Of a stretch of DNA of 64,000 bases, positions 11,231-24,283 are shown in pieces. Below the pieces are notes generated by a model that was given only the letters and a program-made list of their open reading frames with translations, had not been told where the DNA came from and searched no databases. Source of the DNA: Zygnema circumcarinatum SAG 698-1b (Eukaryota; Plantae; Zygnematophyceae); assembly GCA_037447605.1 (NCBI GenBank), contig CM074811.1, positions 1,798,001 to 1,862,000 of the forward strand, read 5' to 3'. A program made the position numbers and the translations under genes. Numbering within the stretch: the first letter of the stretch is position 1; each line of letters opens with the position of its first letter.

Positions 11231-14200
11231 ATGGCGGCGGGAGGGAAGCCGGAGCCCGCCTCTAAGAAGAAGGAGGCGACCCCTCTCCCGTTGGGGCCCT
11301 TCGCGGCGGTTTCGATAATGTACTTCACGAACTCGATGTCGCAGACGCTCCTCTTTCCGTTTGCCGCCATCATGGTGCAGTCGTTCCATGTGACTGAAGA
11401 TCCAGTCAAGCTCGGGTATATATCGTCTCCGCCTTCTCTGTGTTTGCTTTTGTTCAGTGCCTAAATTTGTCGATCGCGGTAGATCAAGTGATCCGTGAGA
11501 GAATAGGCAGTGCTTGGATGGTCAGATGAGGGCCAGTCCTAGTGTCTATTCAAATCCACGCCCTTGGATCTGAGCCCTCATGTTCTGTGAGCGGCTTACC
11601 TATGTATGGCTTCTGCTTGCACCTTAGTTCAAGCTCAGGCGACTCGATCTCCTGCACTTCTCTTTTGTAGCAATTCTCTTTTCCCTTTTTCGGCATACAT
11701 TCAGAGTGGGATAAAAAGAGAAACTGGCATCCTCAGCTTCTCTGCTCCCCCAATTTCCCTCACAGATTTTGTACCATTGTATCCAGCTCACAAAATCCAT
11801 CCTCTCCTCAAAATCCAAATTGACGAATTCAAAGTTTTGCGGATCTCGTCGAATTCGGATGTCGTCGTTGAGGACTTCATATTGAGACTTAGATCTAATA
11901 CTTAATGGAAATGTTGTCACCTCTGGAGCAATATAGATCAGGGCATGGTGGGAGAGGGGAGAGGGGGGAGAGAGAATAGAATCTTAAGTCGATCTTAATC
12001 TGCAGTCCCGTCGCCCCACAAATTTGCCCTTTCGTCTGCTTAGGCGAGCACCTCTGTAACTCTCCACTTTCCTGATTGGAAGTCTATGTTGTTCATCTCA
12101 GTTGACTTGTGCGTGTTGTTCTCGCAGATACTACGCGGGCTTCCTTGCATCCGCGTGCTTCGCTGGCAGCCTCCTCACCAGCTCCCTCTGGGGGTAGGGC
12201 GCCCCACTCCTCTGCCATACACGTGGGGTCTTTCACTGCTCAGTACCGAGCGGACTCGAGCGGATCCATTCTCAGGATGTAGTTCGCTTTGAATCGCCGA
12301 TTTTATTCTTCGTCTGTCAGCTTTCTTTCAGAATGTGTGTCGGAAACTATGGCATTTCCATTGATTGCCCAATGACCCTTGTAAGCGAGTCCAGGGCTTA
12401 TTTTCTTGTATAATGCGTGTCCTTTTGCTGAGACTTGCCAAACAGACCTGTGCATGTGATTCAACCAACACAGATTACTTGTTTGTATTTTTCTAGTCTT
12501 GACGTGTTTCACCGAAAGCTTGAAATTTGACCGGCGAGGTTTTGATTGTTGACCCGCCGAAGGGACGGCTTTAGACCGGATCGGCCTATGGGTGTCAAGT
12601 TTCACTTGCAATAAGTCGAACTCCCTTGTGGCCTTTCCTGCGGATGGAGGGATACAGTGAGCCAGGCCATTCATTACAGATCATAGTGCTTGCTTGATTG
12701 CTTGTGCTTCTAAAGGGTGGCCAACTTGCTTCCGCCCGGTGGGTCGATGGCTGTTTGTTGGATTGCTATCATTTGGGGTTGGTAACTGTGCGCATAAACT
12801 GCATCAACAGTAAGATGTAGGCCGAGGGACTAAGTGAGGCGTTACAAGAGACTGAGTTTCGTCCATTTGCTTGGTGGAGCAGGATCCTCTCTGACAAGAT
12901 AGGGCGCAAGCCGGTGCTCATGGTGGGGCTGTCCTCGAACATCATTTGTGCTCTGCTCTTTGGCTCAAGTCAAAACTTTCCTTCGGCGATCGCAGCGCGC
13001 TTCCTAAGCGGCCTCTTCAGTACAATTCTCGCTACTGGAAGAAGGTCAGCAACATGCGAATGGAGACAGATTGTTCTGCAGTCAAATGAACATGATGCCA
13101 ATCTGCTTGCTTGTCAATGGCTGCCCAATTTAAGTAAGTTGCAGACAGAATAGGTGAGCTAGAACACAGAAGAAGCAATTGTATACGACAAAATTGTGTC
13201 TTGGGACTTGTTCAACAGTGCGCTCACCAATACATTTTTTGGGGTTGGTGTGTTGCAGCTCTGTGGCTGAGCTGTGCGATAAATCGAACCAGGCTCGGGC
13301 GTAAGTATATCTTTGGCTTCCTCATTTTTCCATCCTACAGGGCCGTTTATGGCAGAGAGTCAGCTTTTGAAATTATAGGAAGTCAAAAGCGAAATGTCAA
13401 AAAACCGATCTCCAAGTAGAGCGATGGAACATGACATAGGGGTAGAAGTTAGTGGATTACCACAGTGGTACAGAATGCAACATAATTTGCTCAAATAGCT
13501 CTTTCGTGATGAAGTTAAACTTGCAATGTTGTCCACCTGTAGGCATTCACTGATCTCAGCAAAAGGATTAAAAGAACAATAAAACCTACATTTTTCATTT
13601 TTTTTTTTTACACATTTCGTACATGGGTAGTGCTGACCTTTACTCTGTGCTTCGAAATCAGGTTCTCCCTCATTGGAACCAACTATGGAGCAGGCCTGTT
13701 GCTAGGTGAGTCCGCTGCTTCCTCTGCACTCCTCATGCCCAGTAAAGTCGCACATGGAAGGGCCGTAATTATTCATTTTAAAACATCATCCACATACCTC
13801 AAAGAAAACCTCCTGATCCAAGACGGACTAGCAAATTTAGGCACTGTTTCACCTTTTTTTTGGTTCATAATTCGCTTATTTTGCTGCTGAATGAGGTAAT
13901 TCTTACTTGTATGAGCAATGTCCCTTCGAGTGGCCCGCTGACCATGGGCAGAGGATGTCCCTTCGCAGGACCGGCCCTGGGCGGCTTCTTGAGCGAGCCT
14001 GTGAAGAAGTATCCGATGATCTTCCGCAAAGGCGGTCTCTTCGACCGCCTGCCCTTCTTGCTGCCCTGCTTAGCACTGGCAGGTCTCAGCCTTATCGGCC
14101 TTATTTCAACGCTTGTGCTCCTACCCGAGACACTTGGACGGGCGAAAGCGGACAAAAAATACCGTGTTGTGGAGGATAAGCCACAAAAGAAGACTGTTAG

Positions 14201-16028
14201 ACGAACTAATGGGAGCACCGAAGGGCAAGAAAAGGTTGAAGATGGGCTGATAGAACCCTTGTTGACTGATGAAGAGAAAAGATGTGAACGGTCAACAGCT
14301 GACGGCGCTCTAACTGCTAAAGCAGAAGGCTGTGATGTCAACAATTGCGAACAATGCGTAGATAGGAAACAGGGAGGGGGGTTCGCGGCAGGAAAGCTCG
14401 ATGAGCCGCGCAGCTCATCAAGATTCCTCCGAGTGCTTATGAAAAGGGATACAGGTACATGGGAACCTCTCGCCGGCTGTAGACAGAGTTTATAGACTTG
14501 TTTCAGTGTTTCTTCTACTGCACAGCGTGTTTGCAAATAATGACCGCTAGTCTTTTCCTGTTTCATGGTCGTGTATGCAAAGGTGTGAGCTTAAACCGGA
14601 TACGATGGATACTGTGGGACTGTAGGGTCAATTTCTTGAGTAGGACTTTCCTTTTTTTAAACTTGGAATATTGCTATCATGCTCCGTGGTCAGAAGATTG
14701 CAAAACAACGAATAGATAATCTGACAATCTGTCACTGTGCTGTTGGGGACTCTGGGAAACATCAGTTGTGTCAACCATCATGTTCTGTGCCCTAAGCTAC
14801 ACGTCAGCTGCATTCAACGAGGTATGATCTTTAGCTCTGTTATGCCGTACCCGATGCAACGTCATGCTACACAGACATCTCTAACCAGCGGTGCAGTTGC
14901 AGATGCAGGCGGCAACTGAAAAATTGCACTTGAAAGTTTACATCTGTAGAAAGGAACAAGTTAATTGCAAGGGAAACGTAGAAGGGAAGAGAGAGACTTG
15001 GCACCACACCTGGCCATAAGCGATATCCACCATCTTTGCAGGTTTTCCCTCTGTGGTGCATCACCCCATGGAACTACGGAGGTTTGTCTTTCGATACGAG
15101 TCAGATCGCTGTGGCGCAGACAGCCGGGGGCTTGGCTCTTGTAAGATCTTAACCAACTTTCCTTTCATGGCGGCATCAGCAATCAGCAGTTACTCTCTCG
15201 CTTGCTCTGAGCACGTTGACATTGCCGTCATCCATTTCAGCGATTTTTCTTACGCCGGTCCTTGCAAGATGGTTGCAGGTTCCGCTGCAGTTGTTTGTGT
15301 ACGCTCCTCTCGTGGTCCGCATGGGAGCTGTGAACGCATTGCGCACGGCAACTGCGAGTGGATTTTTTCTGATGCTTTTCCCGCTCGTCAGAAACTTGGG
15401 ACAGGGTACTATGACAATGCAAATCGTCCTTTCTTGTCTTATGACTTTCAGAAGGTACGTGATTTCCTTTTTAAGACAATGCTACGCTGGTCGTTCCTCT
15501 TGCGGCAGTGTCACCTGTTCACTCCTCACCACCATCAGCGCAGGATTCTTTGGTCCTACTTTTTCTGCATTCGTTGACGTTTCAGCAATCCAAGCGACTG
15601 AACTCAGTTTATGATCTACCTTATTCGGTGAACCTTGACGTTTTGCTTTCTGTGGTCATGGCAGCTTTTCGCAAGCTGTGTCCACTTCCATCTTCATGCT
15701 CATCGCCAACAGCATCGAGGACCCGCAGTACATCGGCGCTGTGAATGGCTTCGCGCAGACTATCAATATGGTGTTTCGGGCGATTGCTCCGACTGCTAGT
15801 GGGAGCCTCTATGCGTGGAGTACGAGCCAGCGAGGAGCGGTGCTGAACGCCAGTTTTTGGTTCATGTACATGGCAGCGCTCTACGCACTGATGCTCGTCC
15901 TCACCTGCTTCCTCTCGCCTAGAGCGAACGAGCCCAAGTTCACCACAGTGAAGCAGGAACAGGAGAAGGAGGTGGAGGCGGAGGCTGCCACACAGAGTCC
16001 GCCCAAAAATGAAAGCACAGAGAAGTAG
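11231..16028 (+). CDS. MFS transporter, ZIF/ZIFL (TCR/DHA1-like) family, copy 1; 10 exons, 559 aa
   Basis: Exons 11231-11415, 12128-12193, 12883-13044, 13259-13300, 13662-13705, 13969-14454, 14766-14821, 15042-15140, 15279-15454, 15665-16028 (1680 nt, in frame). Motifs LFPFAAIMVQSF, GYYAGFLAS, MFS motif A WGILSDKIGRKPVL, GPALGGFLSEP, LPFLLPCL, VFPLW, IGAVNG. Confidence 0.9.
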
Positions 16029-16813
16029 TGACGGACTCATACTGGCCGTTGATTGGCTCAATCACCTTTTTGATATTTTATTCTGCGCACAATATTTTTT
16101 TCTGTTAGAAAATGCATTCAGCTGTGAATTCTTAGAACAGCAGCTCAACGATGTTTCCTTCGTGTTAGTGCTCTCCTTGCTAAAGAGAAGCAAGGTGATT
16201 TTGGGTAGATTTTAAATTAAAGTATTGTTCAAAAGTTCAAGATAGATGGTAGCATAGGTAGGGAAGAGGGTTATCTATCTGGTAGCGTGTATGGCATACC
16301 TGTCACCAATAAACGTGTTGGAGTGTTGATAAGAGAGGATGCAGTGTCCTGCGCCTTTTGCCAATATGGTTAGAATTTGGACTCTGTGCGATATTTAGAT
16401 TTCTGCACACGGCAGGGGACTCTCTGGCTGCAGAGGGGTCGACTGCGGAAAGGCAGACGAGCGACGTGGGGCGGGGCGGACGGACAAAGGCGCCGCAACA
16501 ATCTTGCAAGCTCCACGCTTGCACTTTCGCATTGCAAACAAACATGCGAATGGTAAAATCCCAGTTCCCTGGCCGCGTGAACTGCGAGTAGCACCTACAG
16601 CTCAAGCAAAAAAGCAAGAAAACAGTCACTTTTCCTCGAACTGCCACGGCCCGCTGGTCCTCGCCGCCTGCTTGCAGAAGAAGCGCAAGCGCGCAGGCAG
16701 GCCCTCGCCCTCGCCCTTGCCCTGCTCAGCGGTTCCGCCAGCAGCCCTGCCCCCCCCTCCCGGCCCGCCCTGAGCAGCGCAGCGCAGCGAGCCGTTGCAA
16801 GTTGCAAGAGGGA

Positions 16814-17010
16814 GGGAGGGAGCGAGCGGCGGAAGGCCACCGCCACGCACGGCCACCAGCAACCAGCCGCGGCTTCAAGCCGAAGGAGCGTGGAAGCGAG
16901 GAGGGGGGCACCGCTGAAGGGCGGGAAACGAAAAATGCGCTGTCGTTAAAAAGTCACGAGGATCGGCGGAGGAGAGGAGCGCTTCCTTCCTTCCGGGGCC
17001 GCGCGCGCAT
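16814..17010 (+). repeat. About 200-bp dispersed repeat; inverted homolog at 30418-30594
   Basis: Shared blocks with reverse complement of 30418-30594: ggcggaaggccaccg, gccgaaggagcg, gcaccgctgaagggcg, aaatgcgctgtcg, ggagcgcttccttccttccggggcc. Confidence 0.8.
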
Positions 17011-17907
17011 CTCCAAGGACCGATCGATGGGCGCACGCACGCACTGGCGGAGGAAGGACGGGAGGACGGCATCCAAACGGGCGTCGAGGCACCCACAAAT
17101 CGCGACAGCCATAGGACCAAACTCGTCGGCCGCGTCACGTCACTGTGGGCATATGCGCGCTCCCTCCTTCCGTTACATACATTCCGAGAGGGAAGGAGGG
17201 AGGGAGGGAGGGCCGCATCGCGCGCAGCCCCGCCTTCATGGTGCGCTGCACGCGCGAACAAGAAAGTAGTTGCGGGTCGGATCGGGCAACACAACATCTC
17301 CGAACATGCGGCGAGCACCGAGCGGCTTGTGTTTGGATCACGGAAATGACGACGTTTGGTCGAACGCGCGGGTGGGGATACAGTAGGGGGATGGCGGGCA
17401 GGCGGGCGCACATCGCTGCTGGGCGCGTCCACGAGGACAGTGCGTTGTTGGGAGCGCGGTCAGTACTTGGTGAATGCTCGTGCAACGTAAATTTAGGTTT
17501 TTTGTTGTGCATGTTGATGAGTGCCATGTTGTTGCACATTGCATGCAGGATAAGCGATAAGATTCGCATGCAACATAGTTTTCATTATTGTGTACATGTT
17601 GATTGGAATCCATCCACACGTGTGAGCAAACATTGTGAGTTTATGAACTTTTGTTCATATTGTTCAATTTCTCAAACACAACAAAATTCAATACGTACTT
17701 TTCGATGTTCCAAACCTACAGAGGGTGCGTTTTCATGGATTAACTTCATTCAACTTTTGCTGACGTGGTTCAACTTTGCTAATGTGAGTTGAATTATTTG
17801 GAAACGATGGCCGTTGAATGAACCTCTACAAAATTCGAGTCTCACCTTTGTACCCGAGTAGAAAAATGGAGTAAACTAGCAAAATCTAATTGCTAATTAA
17901 CCACTGA

Positions 17908-18167
17908 CACGTGGCATACAAGGTCTCGTACAACTCCAACATTCGTCCTTTGATGGTTCTTCGAGGTGTCACGTGGACACCACGTGGCGCTTTCTCGTTG
18001 GCGTGAGCTCCGCGAGAAACGGCGTGACGGTGCCCCTCCAACTGGTCTCGCAGTTGCGGACGGATTCCATTCAACTGGTTGAAGCGAGTTGAACAGGTTG
18101 TACCGTACCATGCGAACGCGCCTTCAGGACACGTGGTGGATGCTCCGAAAGCGCGTCCTCCACGTGG
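17908..18167. promoter_or_regulatory. Cluster of five CACGTGG (G-box/ABRE-type) motifs
   Basis: CACGTG followed by G at 17908, 17970, 17981, 18130 and 18161; function inferred only. Confidence 0.35.
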
Positions 18168-18738
18168 CGAGTACTGGTTGGCCGGGCCGCCGCACTGGGT
18201 TGTGGGCGGGCTAGCGACTCCCAGAAACTAGGGAGGCACTTTAGGGATGGCCGCAGGTGCGAAAAGGACATTCTAGTTTATAAAGGGTAGTGATAAATCC
18301 ACCCTTTTTTTGGATCGACATTCGACAAACCCCTTTTTTCACCGGGCAGATTTTAAGACAGACAAGAAAGGTTAAAAAAAAAAAGGACCGCCCCACTCCT
18401 TTCGGTTATCCCGCCCCTGTTTTTTTTTGAGATCCCACCCTCCCATTTTGGCTATTCCCCCCCCCCCCTCCCATTTTGGATATTTCGGGAGGAGATAACC
18501 CCCCTGTTTTGAATATTTCGAGAGGGAATCTTTTTTCCGCCCCTCCCGTCCTCTCCCCTCCCCTCCCCTCCCCTCCCCTCCTCTTCCTGGTTTGCAATCT
18601 CCACACAAATGACTGGGTATAAGTGTTGTACAACACTAGAGACTGTACAACGTTTTGGGACATAGACTCTCTAGGGAGGTTAGATGCGCCTTGCAGGCGT
18701 TCGAGGCGCATGTGTACGGACGTCTGAGTATACCGTAC

Positions 18739-19194
18739 TGTAGCAAAACGCTACAGTCACCCCAAGGGGGAAGGGTTACTTAGAGCCCGGCGTGGCTTTA
18801 TGTTTCCATCCAATGCAGTACCTATCGGTTAGGGCATCGGATACCCTATAGGACGACGGAGGTCCTAGGTTCGAACCGTAAGAACTGGTTCACCCGTGGG
18901 GCTGCCACATAATCTCTATGGGCCCCACGTCACCGGCCAAGGTCCCCTCCTCTCAGCGTAGAGGAGGATCACGGACTAACGGCACCACGGGACCAATCCG
19001 GTCTCGCGATTGGATCTCGGGCCGCGGCCCGGATCCCCCTTTTGGACTTCTCCGTTCGTCCGTACAATAACGGTTACCCGTTGGTACGGACGGACTGTCA
19101 GTCGGACCCCGCGCCGCGCGCGTAGGATCCGACCGTGCACCGACGTACGNNNNNNNNNNCGCGCAGACTGAAGAGGCGGTTTTCAGTTGTTACA
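18739..19194 (+). mobile_element. 5' LTR of Ty3/gypsy element A (contains an N gap), followed by tRNA-iMet PBS
   Basis: TGTAGCAAAACGCTACA...GTTACA then TGGTATCAGAGCC at 19196-19208. Confidence 0.85.
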
Positions 19195-19247
19195 TTGGTA
19201 TCAGAGCCGCGTTGCGGCCTTCTTCTTTTGGGAGAACCTAGTGGGTC

Positions 19248-22200
19248 ATGGTGACCACTCGCCGGGCCGGAGGGGACCCGGGGCCCTCGGGGCCGCCACC
19301 TCCACCACCTGTCCCTCGGGACGAGGTGATGGAGGAGAACTCGGAGACTGCGGCCACCCCCATGGAGGGGCCCAGTCCCGAGCCCACGGATGACCAAGGT
19401 CATCCGGTGACTGCTGCCCCTTTCCCCGCGTCACCGGAGCCGCTGGCTCCGGCAGAATCCGCCGATCCCATGATCGGGGCCCACATCACGGTGGGCGCGT
19501 CCCTGAAGATGAAGAAGAGGATCGACGAGCTGGGAGCGGATGTAAGGCAGCAGCGCGTCGCCACCATGGCCTGTACGAGGCAGGTGGACGACATGGAGCT
19601 CACGGTTCGCCGCTTGGTGGACACGCTCTCAACTGAATCGGGCCCTCCGGGACAGACCTCGAACATCGAGGAAGGATGCCCGAACCCCCTCTAAGCCGCA
19701 GAGGAGCTGGATGCAGCAGTCGGCCCGGGGGAAGGGGTGCAGGCACACCACGCGAGCATCGCGTGATCGGCGCCCAAACGTGCCGGTACGGGCAGGAGTC
19801 CGGGCCTCGGCCTTCCACCCGGGGAACAGTCACCCCACGGGGTGGCCGGGCCACGGAGACAGGCCAGGGGACCCCGTCTGGGGAGCTGCCGGGGCGGAGG
19901 GAGGTCCCAGCCCTCGCACCGCTCCCTCACCTGCGAGGATGCCACGGAATCGGGCCAAGGTGGCCCCTCTCCTTCCGGGGCGGCATCACGACGGACTACC
20001 GACGAGCATGGGCCGGGACCAACGAAGGGCTACCTTCTGGCGACCCAACCGCCCCCTTTTAAGCTTAGAGCTTCGTTACCCAGCCCTCACAGGAGCCACA
20101 TACCCGTGTGTATGAGGGCCTCTCGATGAGATTGGGGCATGACGGCATAAGTTCAACAAACTTATCAAACACTTTGGGGCTTGGATCCCGGCTGCAGCCC
20201 GGATAAGTTTCAGAATAGGGTCCAAACCGTAATTGCCAAGCAATTTCTGCCAGCTTGCCAGAAGTAAGGGCCCCAAATCACCATCACAAGCCTGCAGCTG
20301 AGTTCCTTTTTCCACTTCAGGTAATGGTTGAAAGCTACACCTGAGGAAGCACCTAAACTAACCCACGGATCTAAATGCGGATCTCGTTGACTTTGAATGA
20401 CTTTGACGCACCGATTCAGCGACCGCCGTCCCCGCAGTGCGATGGCACCTCCCGACCCCAGCACAGGTCGGGCGACGTGACAGGGTCGTGGAAGGCGGGA
20501 CCCTCAGCTCCTGCCAAACTGGCAGGAAAGAACAAGCGCAAGCAGCCGGAAGTGGCTGCCCGCCCACCCACTGCACGGCCGCAGAAGTTGACTCCAGAGG
20601 AAATGGAGAAGATGCAGCGGGAGAACAAGTGTTTCCGCTGCCGCAAGGAGGGGCACAAGGCCCGTGATTGCCCTCTGAACACCAAGGACAAGAAGGGCAA
20701 GGGGCCGGAAAACCCCAACCCACCAGCAGCTTAGGGGTCGTTGCTGGTGGACATGCTAGGTTAGGGGGAAGGATGGAAACTGCTGCCAGGACTAGGGGAC
20801 ATTTGTTTCTTAGAACCTCGGACATTCTTAAATTGGCTGGCAGACCTTTGGAAATGCACGATCTCTTTGTGTTTGATGCACTCCCTGTTTCCATTTCCCT
20901 CTTCCCTCCCACTGTAGTGACTCCTTCTGGGTTTATGGATGTAGTGATGAATGGTGATTGGCATGTCTTTATCCTCAATGTCATGGGCGATGATGTTCTC
21001 ATGCAATGTGCCATGGATGTTTTGCATGTCATGGGAAACACCTCCCATATCCTTGCGCTGCATGTGCTGGTTCCTCAGCACATGGCAGTTCGCACCTTTC
21101 CCAACGCCACTTGGCGGTTGGTGAAACAGTTGAGGAAAGGGCACACGTTGGTGCAAGAGATGGAAGGATCCACCAGCTTGCTGGTTGGCTCACCCTACAC
21201 ATTGGTGTGGAGGACGGCTCGTCCTCAACCCTCGCATATAGTGCGATCTATGTTCCATCTTGCCCATCGTGCCATGACCTTCATCGGGTCAGCCAATGGC
21301 CACCCAGCAGTTCTGCTGCTAGATACTGGTGCAGATGCTAACTTTGTTAGCTCTGCGTTCACCCAGAGATTAGGGTTGACCACAGTTCCCCATTCAGAAA
21401 GTGTTACTTTCGGGGATGGACGCAAGGGCCACATCTCTGGTAGCGTCACACTCAAGATCACGCTCCAATCCTACTCCGGGGCAGCGAAGTGTCTTCTGAC
21501 ACAACTGGCCCCTAGTACTGATGTTATTTTGGGAAGTGCTTGGTTAACCATGGTCAACGCCCAATTGGACTTTTCCATCCCACACTGCATTCTTCGCAGT
21601 GGTGATCGGCGCATCACACTGCACCCTGGTAAACCACCCACCACTGCTACCACGCAGGATGTTACTCCTTATCTCTGCTCGGCCATGCAATTGGCCAAAG
21701 CCGTAAAGGAGGGTTGCACCTTGTTTATGGTGCATGTCATGGCAGCCACTGAGGATGTTCATGACGAAGACCAGGAATGGCAGATCACATCTACGGATGT
21801 GCTCTCGGCTGTTCCGTCTCAGATCCAACCTCTGTTGGATGAGTTCAGGGATGTCTTCCCTGACGACCTTCCAAGAGGGTTGCCACCATCTAGAGGAGTG
21901 GGGCACACAATCCCTCTTGAGCCTGAGCAAAAGCCGCCTTGGCGGCCGATTTATCGGTTAAGCCCAAAAGAAACAAGACGCCAAGGAGCCTGCAGTCACG
22001 CGAGAAGGCGTATAACCCAGTCAAGCCCTTCGGGGCGCCTATCCTTGCTTTGTCGGGAAAGATGCGTTGGACACGCTATCATTACGCGCACTCAACAAGA
22101 TCACGCAAATAACCGTTTTGTTACCACGCATTTCACGATCTGCTGGGTTCGTCTTCACGGTGCCAAAGTGTTTACATCACTTGATCTGTTGCTGGAAAGG

Positions 22201-23945
22201 ATTAGTCAGGTTTGCTGTCATCAAGTCTTATGTGCCAAAAATGCGGTCCGGACGCGATTGGTCATTTCCAGATAAGGTGTTGCCCTTTGCATCTACCTGG
22301 AATGTTGCGACTTTCCAGGCTTGCGATGACGGGGCAATGTTCAGCAGGCATGGATGAGTTTGTTCCTGGTTTACCTCCAATGACATCCTTGTCTTCAGCA
22401 GATTGGGAGGAGGCACACTTGAACACGTTCAAGTGTTTGAGATTGAGAAATATGAGCTTCATGTGAAGAGGAACAGGTGTCATTCCATGCACGTGAAGCT
22501 TGCTTTATCTTGGGCATATCCTCATGATCAGGGTCTTTGTTGACCTGCCAAAGTTTCAGCGGTAGAAACTTGGGCGCCACCGACTGACTTGCATCAGTTG
22601 CNNTNNNNNNTNNNNNNNNCNNANTATTNNCGTANGTTCNTCCAAGGGTTTAGTAAACTGGTTACCCAATTGACTNATTTGACACGTTCCGGTGTCCCCT
22701 TTACATGGGCCCCTGAATGCCAGGATGCATTCGAAGGTGTGCGCCATGCACTTGTTGCCGCACCCACTCTCCGTTTAGCGGACCCGTCCAAGCCTGATGA
22801 AGTGGTTTGTGATGCTTCGGGATTCGCCTAGGGTGCCGTCTTGTTTCAAGATGGCCAACCTTTGGCGTATGAAAGTCGCAAAATGAATCCCGCTGAGCGC
22901 AACTATTCTGCAACAGAACAGGAACTGCTTGCAGTGGTCCACGCCCTGAGGACATGGCGGTGCTATTTAGAGGGGGCGAAAGCGGTCACGCTGGTCACTG
23001 ACCACCGCCCGCTGACGTTTCTCTCTACCCAACAGACCTTGTCTAGGCGGCAGGCACGCTGGTCTGAGTTCCTCCAAAGGTTTGACTGCCAGTGGGTTTA
23101 TCGGCCCGGAAGGCTGAATGTAGCAGACCCACTGAGTAGGCAGCCTCGGCATCTTGCCTGGATGGTGCGCTCGTCGACTCGAGTGTTGGTGGAACGAGAT
23201 GACAGAGGTGAGGGGCCGGCCAACCCCGAATCTCCGTCTCCAGTATGCTTTGTCATAGATCCCTCCACCAGTGACGCAGTCAACCCTCCTGCTCTCTCTG
23301 ATCTCAGACAGATGATCCAGGAGGGGTATACTGGTGATCCTTTGTTCCTGGATGGCCAAGGTAATGGCTATAAGGACAAAGTGGTGTCTAAGGACGGATT
23401 CTGGTACCACGGCCAGCAGTTGGTCGTGCCCAAGGCCGGGACTGTACGGCAGCTCATTCTGGGTGAGCTACATGATCCTCCGTACCGAGGTCACATGGGA
23501 GTTGCCAAAACCCGTGAGGCACTGCTCCGAGAGTTCTGGTGGCCTGGACTCTCGAGGGATGTGAAAGCGTATGTACTCGCTTGTCCAACTTGNNNNNNNN
23601 NNGATCACAGATCTTCCTGTGACACCTCGGGGGCATGACTCCATCCTCGTCTTTGTCGATAGGCTCAGCAAGATGGTGCATTTTGCACCAACTACTAAGA
23701 CCGCTGGGGCCGACGAGATTGCACGGTTGTATGTTGACAAAGTGTGGAGCCAGCATGGTCTTCAGTCAGAAATTGTGTCTGACCGTGATCCACGATTCAC
23801 CGGCCATTTCTGGACGGAAGTGCTCAAAATCGTTGGGACCAAGCAGGCGTTGAGTACAGCTTTCCACCCGCAAACCGATGGCCAGACGGAACGGGTGAAC
23901 AGGATCCTGGAGGATTACCTCCGGCATTATGTGGGACCTACCCCG
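19248..23945 (+). mobile_element. Ty3/gypsy element A internal region (gag, extra domain, protease, RT, RNase H, integrase), degenerate
   Basis: CCHC knuckle KCFRCRKEGHKARDCP (~20625); protease LLLDTGADANF; RNase H VVCDASGF and ELLAVVHALRTWRCYLEG; integrase ELHDPPYRGHMG...LACP and FHPQTDGQTERVN; frameshifts, stops and N gaps. Confidence 0.9.
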
Positions 23946-23955
23946 NNNNNNNNNN

Positions 23956-24283
23956 GGAGTGGAGATGGGAGATGACCGCTCTACTCGAAACCAGGAAGTT
24001 GCTCCCGTATGTCGATGGTACCATCAAGCCACTCGACAAGAAGACAGCGACTGTAGCCGATTTTGAAGCTTGGACTGAAAAGGATGCCAAATGTAGACAC
24101 TTCTTCGCTGCAAGTATTAAAGGCAAGCCAGCTCACATGCTCATGCATCTGAAATCTGCTCGTGAGATGTGGGAGAAACTAGAGGCCACTTATGATCTAG
24201 TTGACATCACTGGAAGGTCAAATTTATATGATGAATTAGCAACCATTAAAATGACTTCAGATGAGACAACACTAGATTACTTG
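23956..24283 (+). mobile_element. Ty1/copia gag fragment
   Basis: LLPYVDGTIKP...WTEKDAKC...KSAREMWEKLEATY is a typical copia gag (UBN2-like) pattern; bounded by N gaps. Confidence 0.75.

Noticed and set aside
10469-11464. Long E/R/G-rich and L/S/P-rich ORFs
   Set aside because: Translations of the GA tract; only the part from ATG 11231 is coding
15509-15540. Apparent extra MFS exon (SVTCSLLTTIS), conserved in both copies and in frame
   Set aside because: No phase-compatible donor; direct joining 15454^15665 gives a clean frame. Conservation is explained by intron homology, though alternative splicing cannot be excluded
18815-18885. Intact tRNA gene
   Set aside because: Acceptor and T stems do not pair; kept only as a tRNA-like motif
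20700-20720. -1 frameshift slippery site between gag and pol
   Set aside because: Pol is in the -1 frame, but no canonical XXXYYYZ heptamer was found in the overlap
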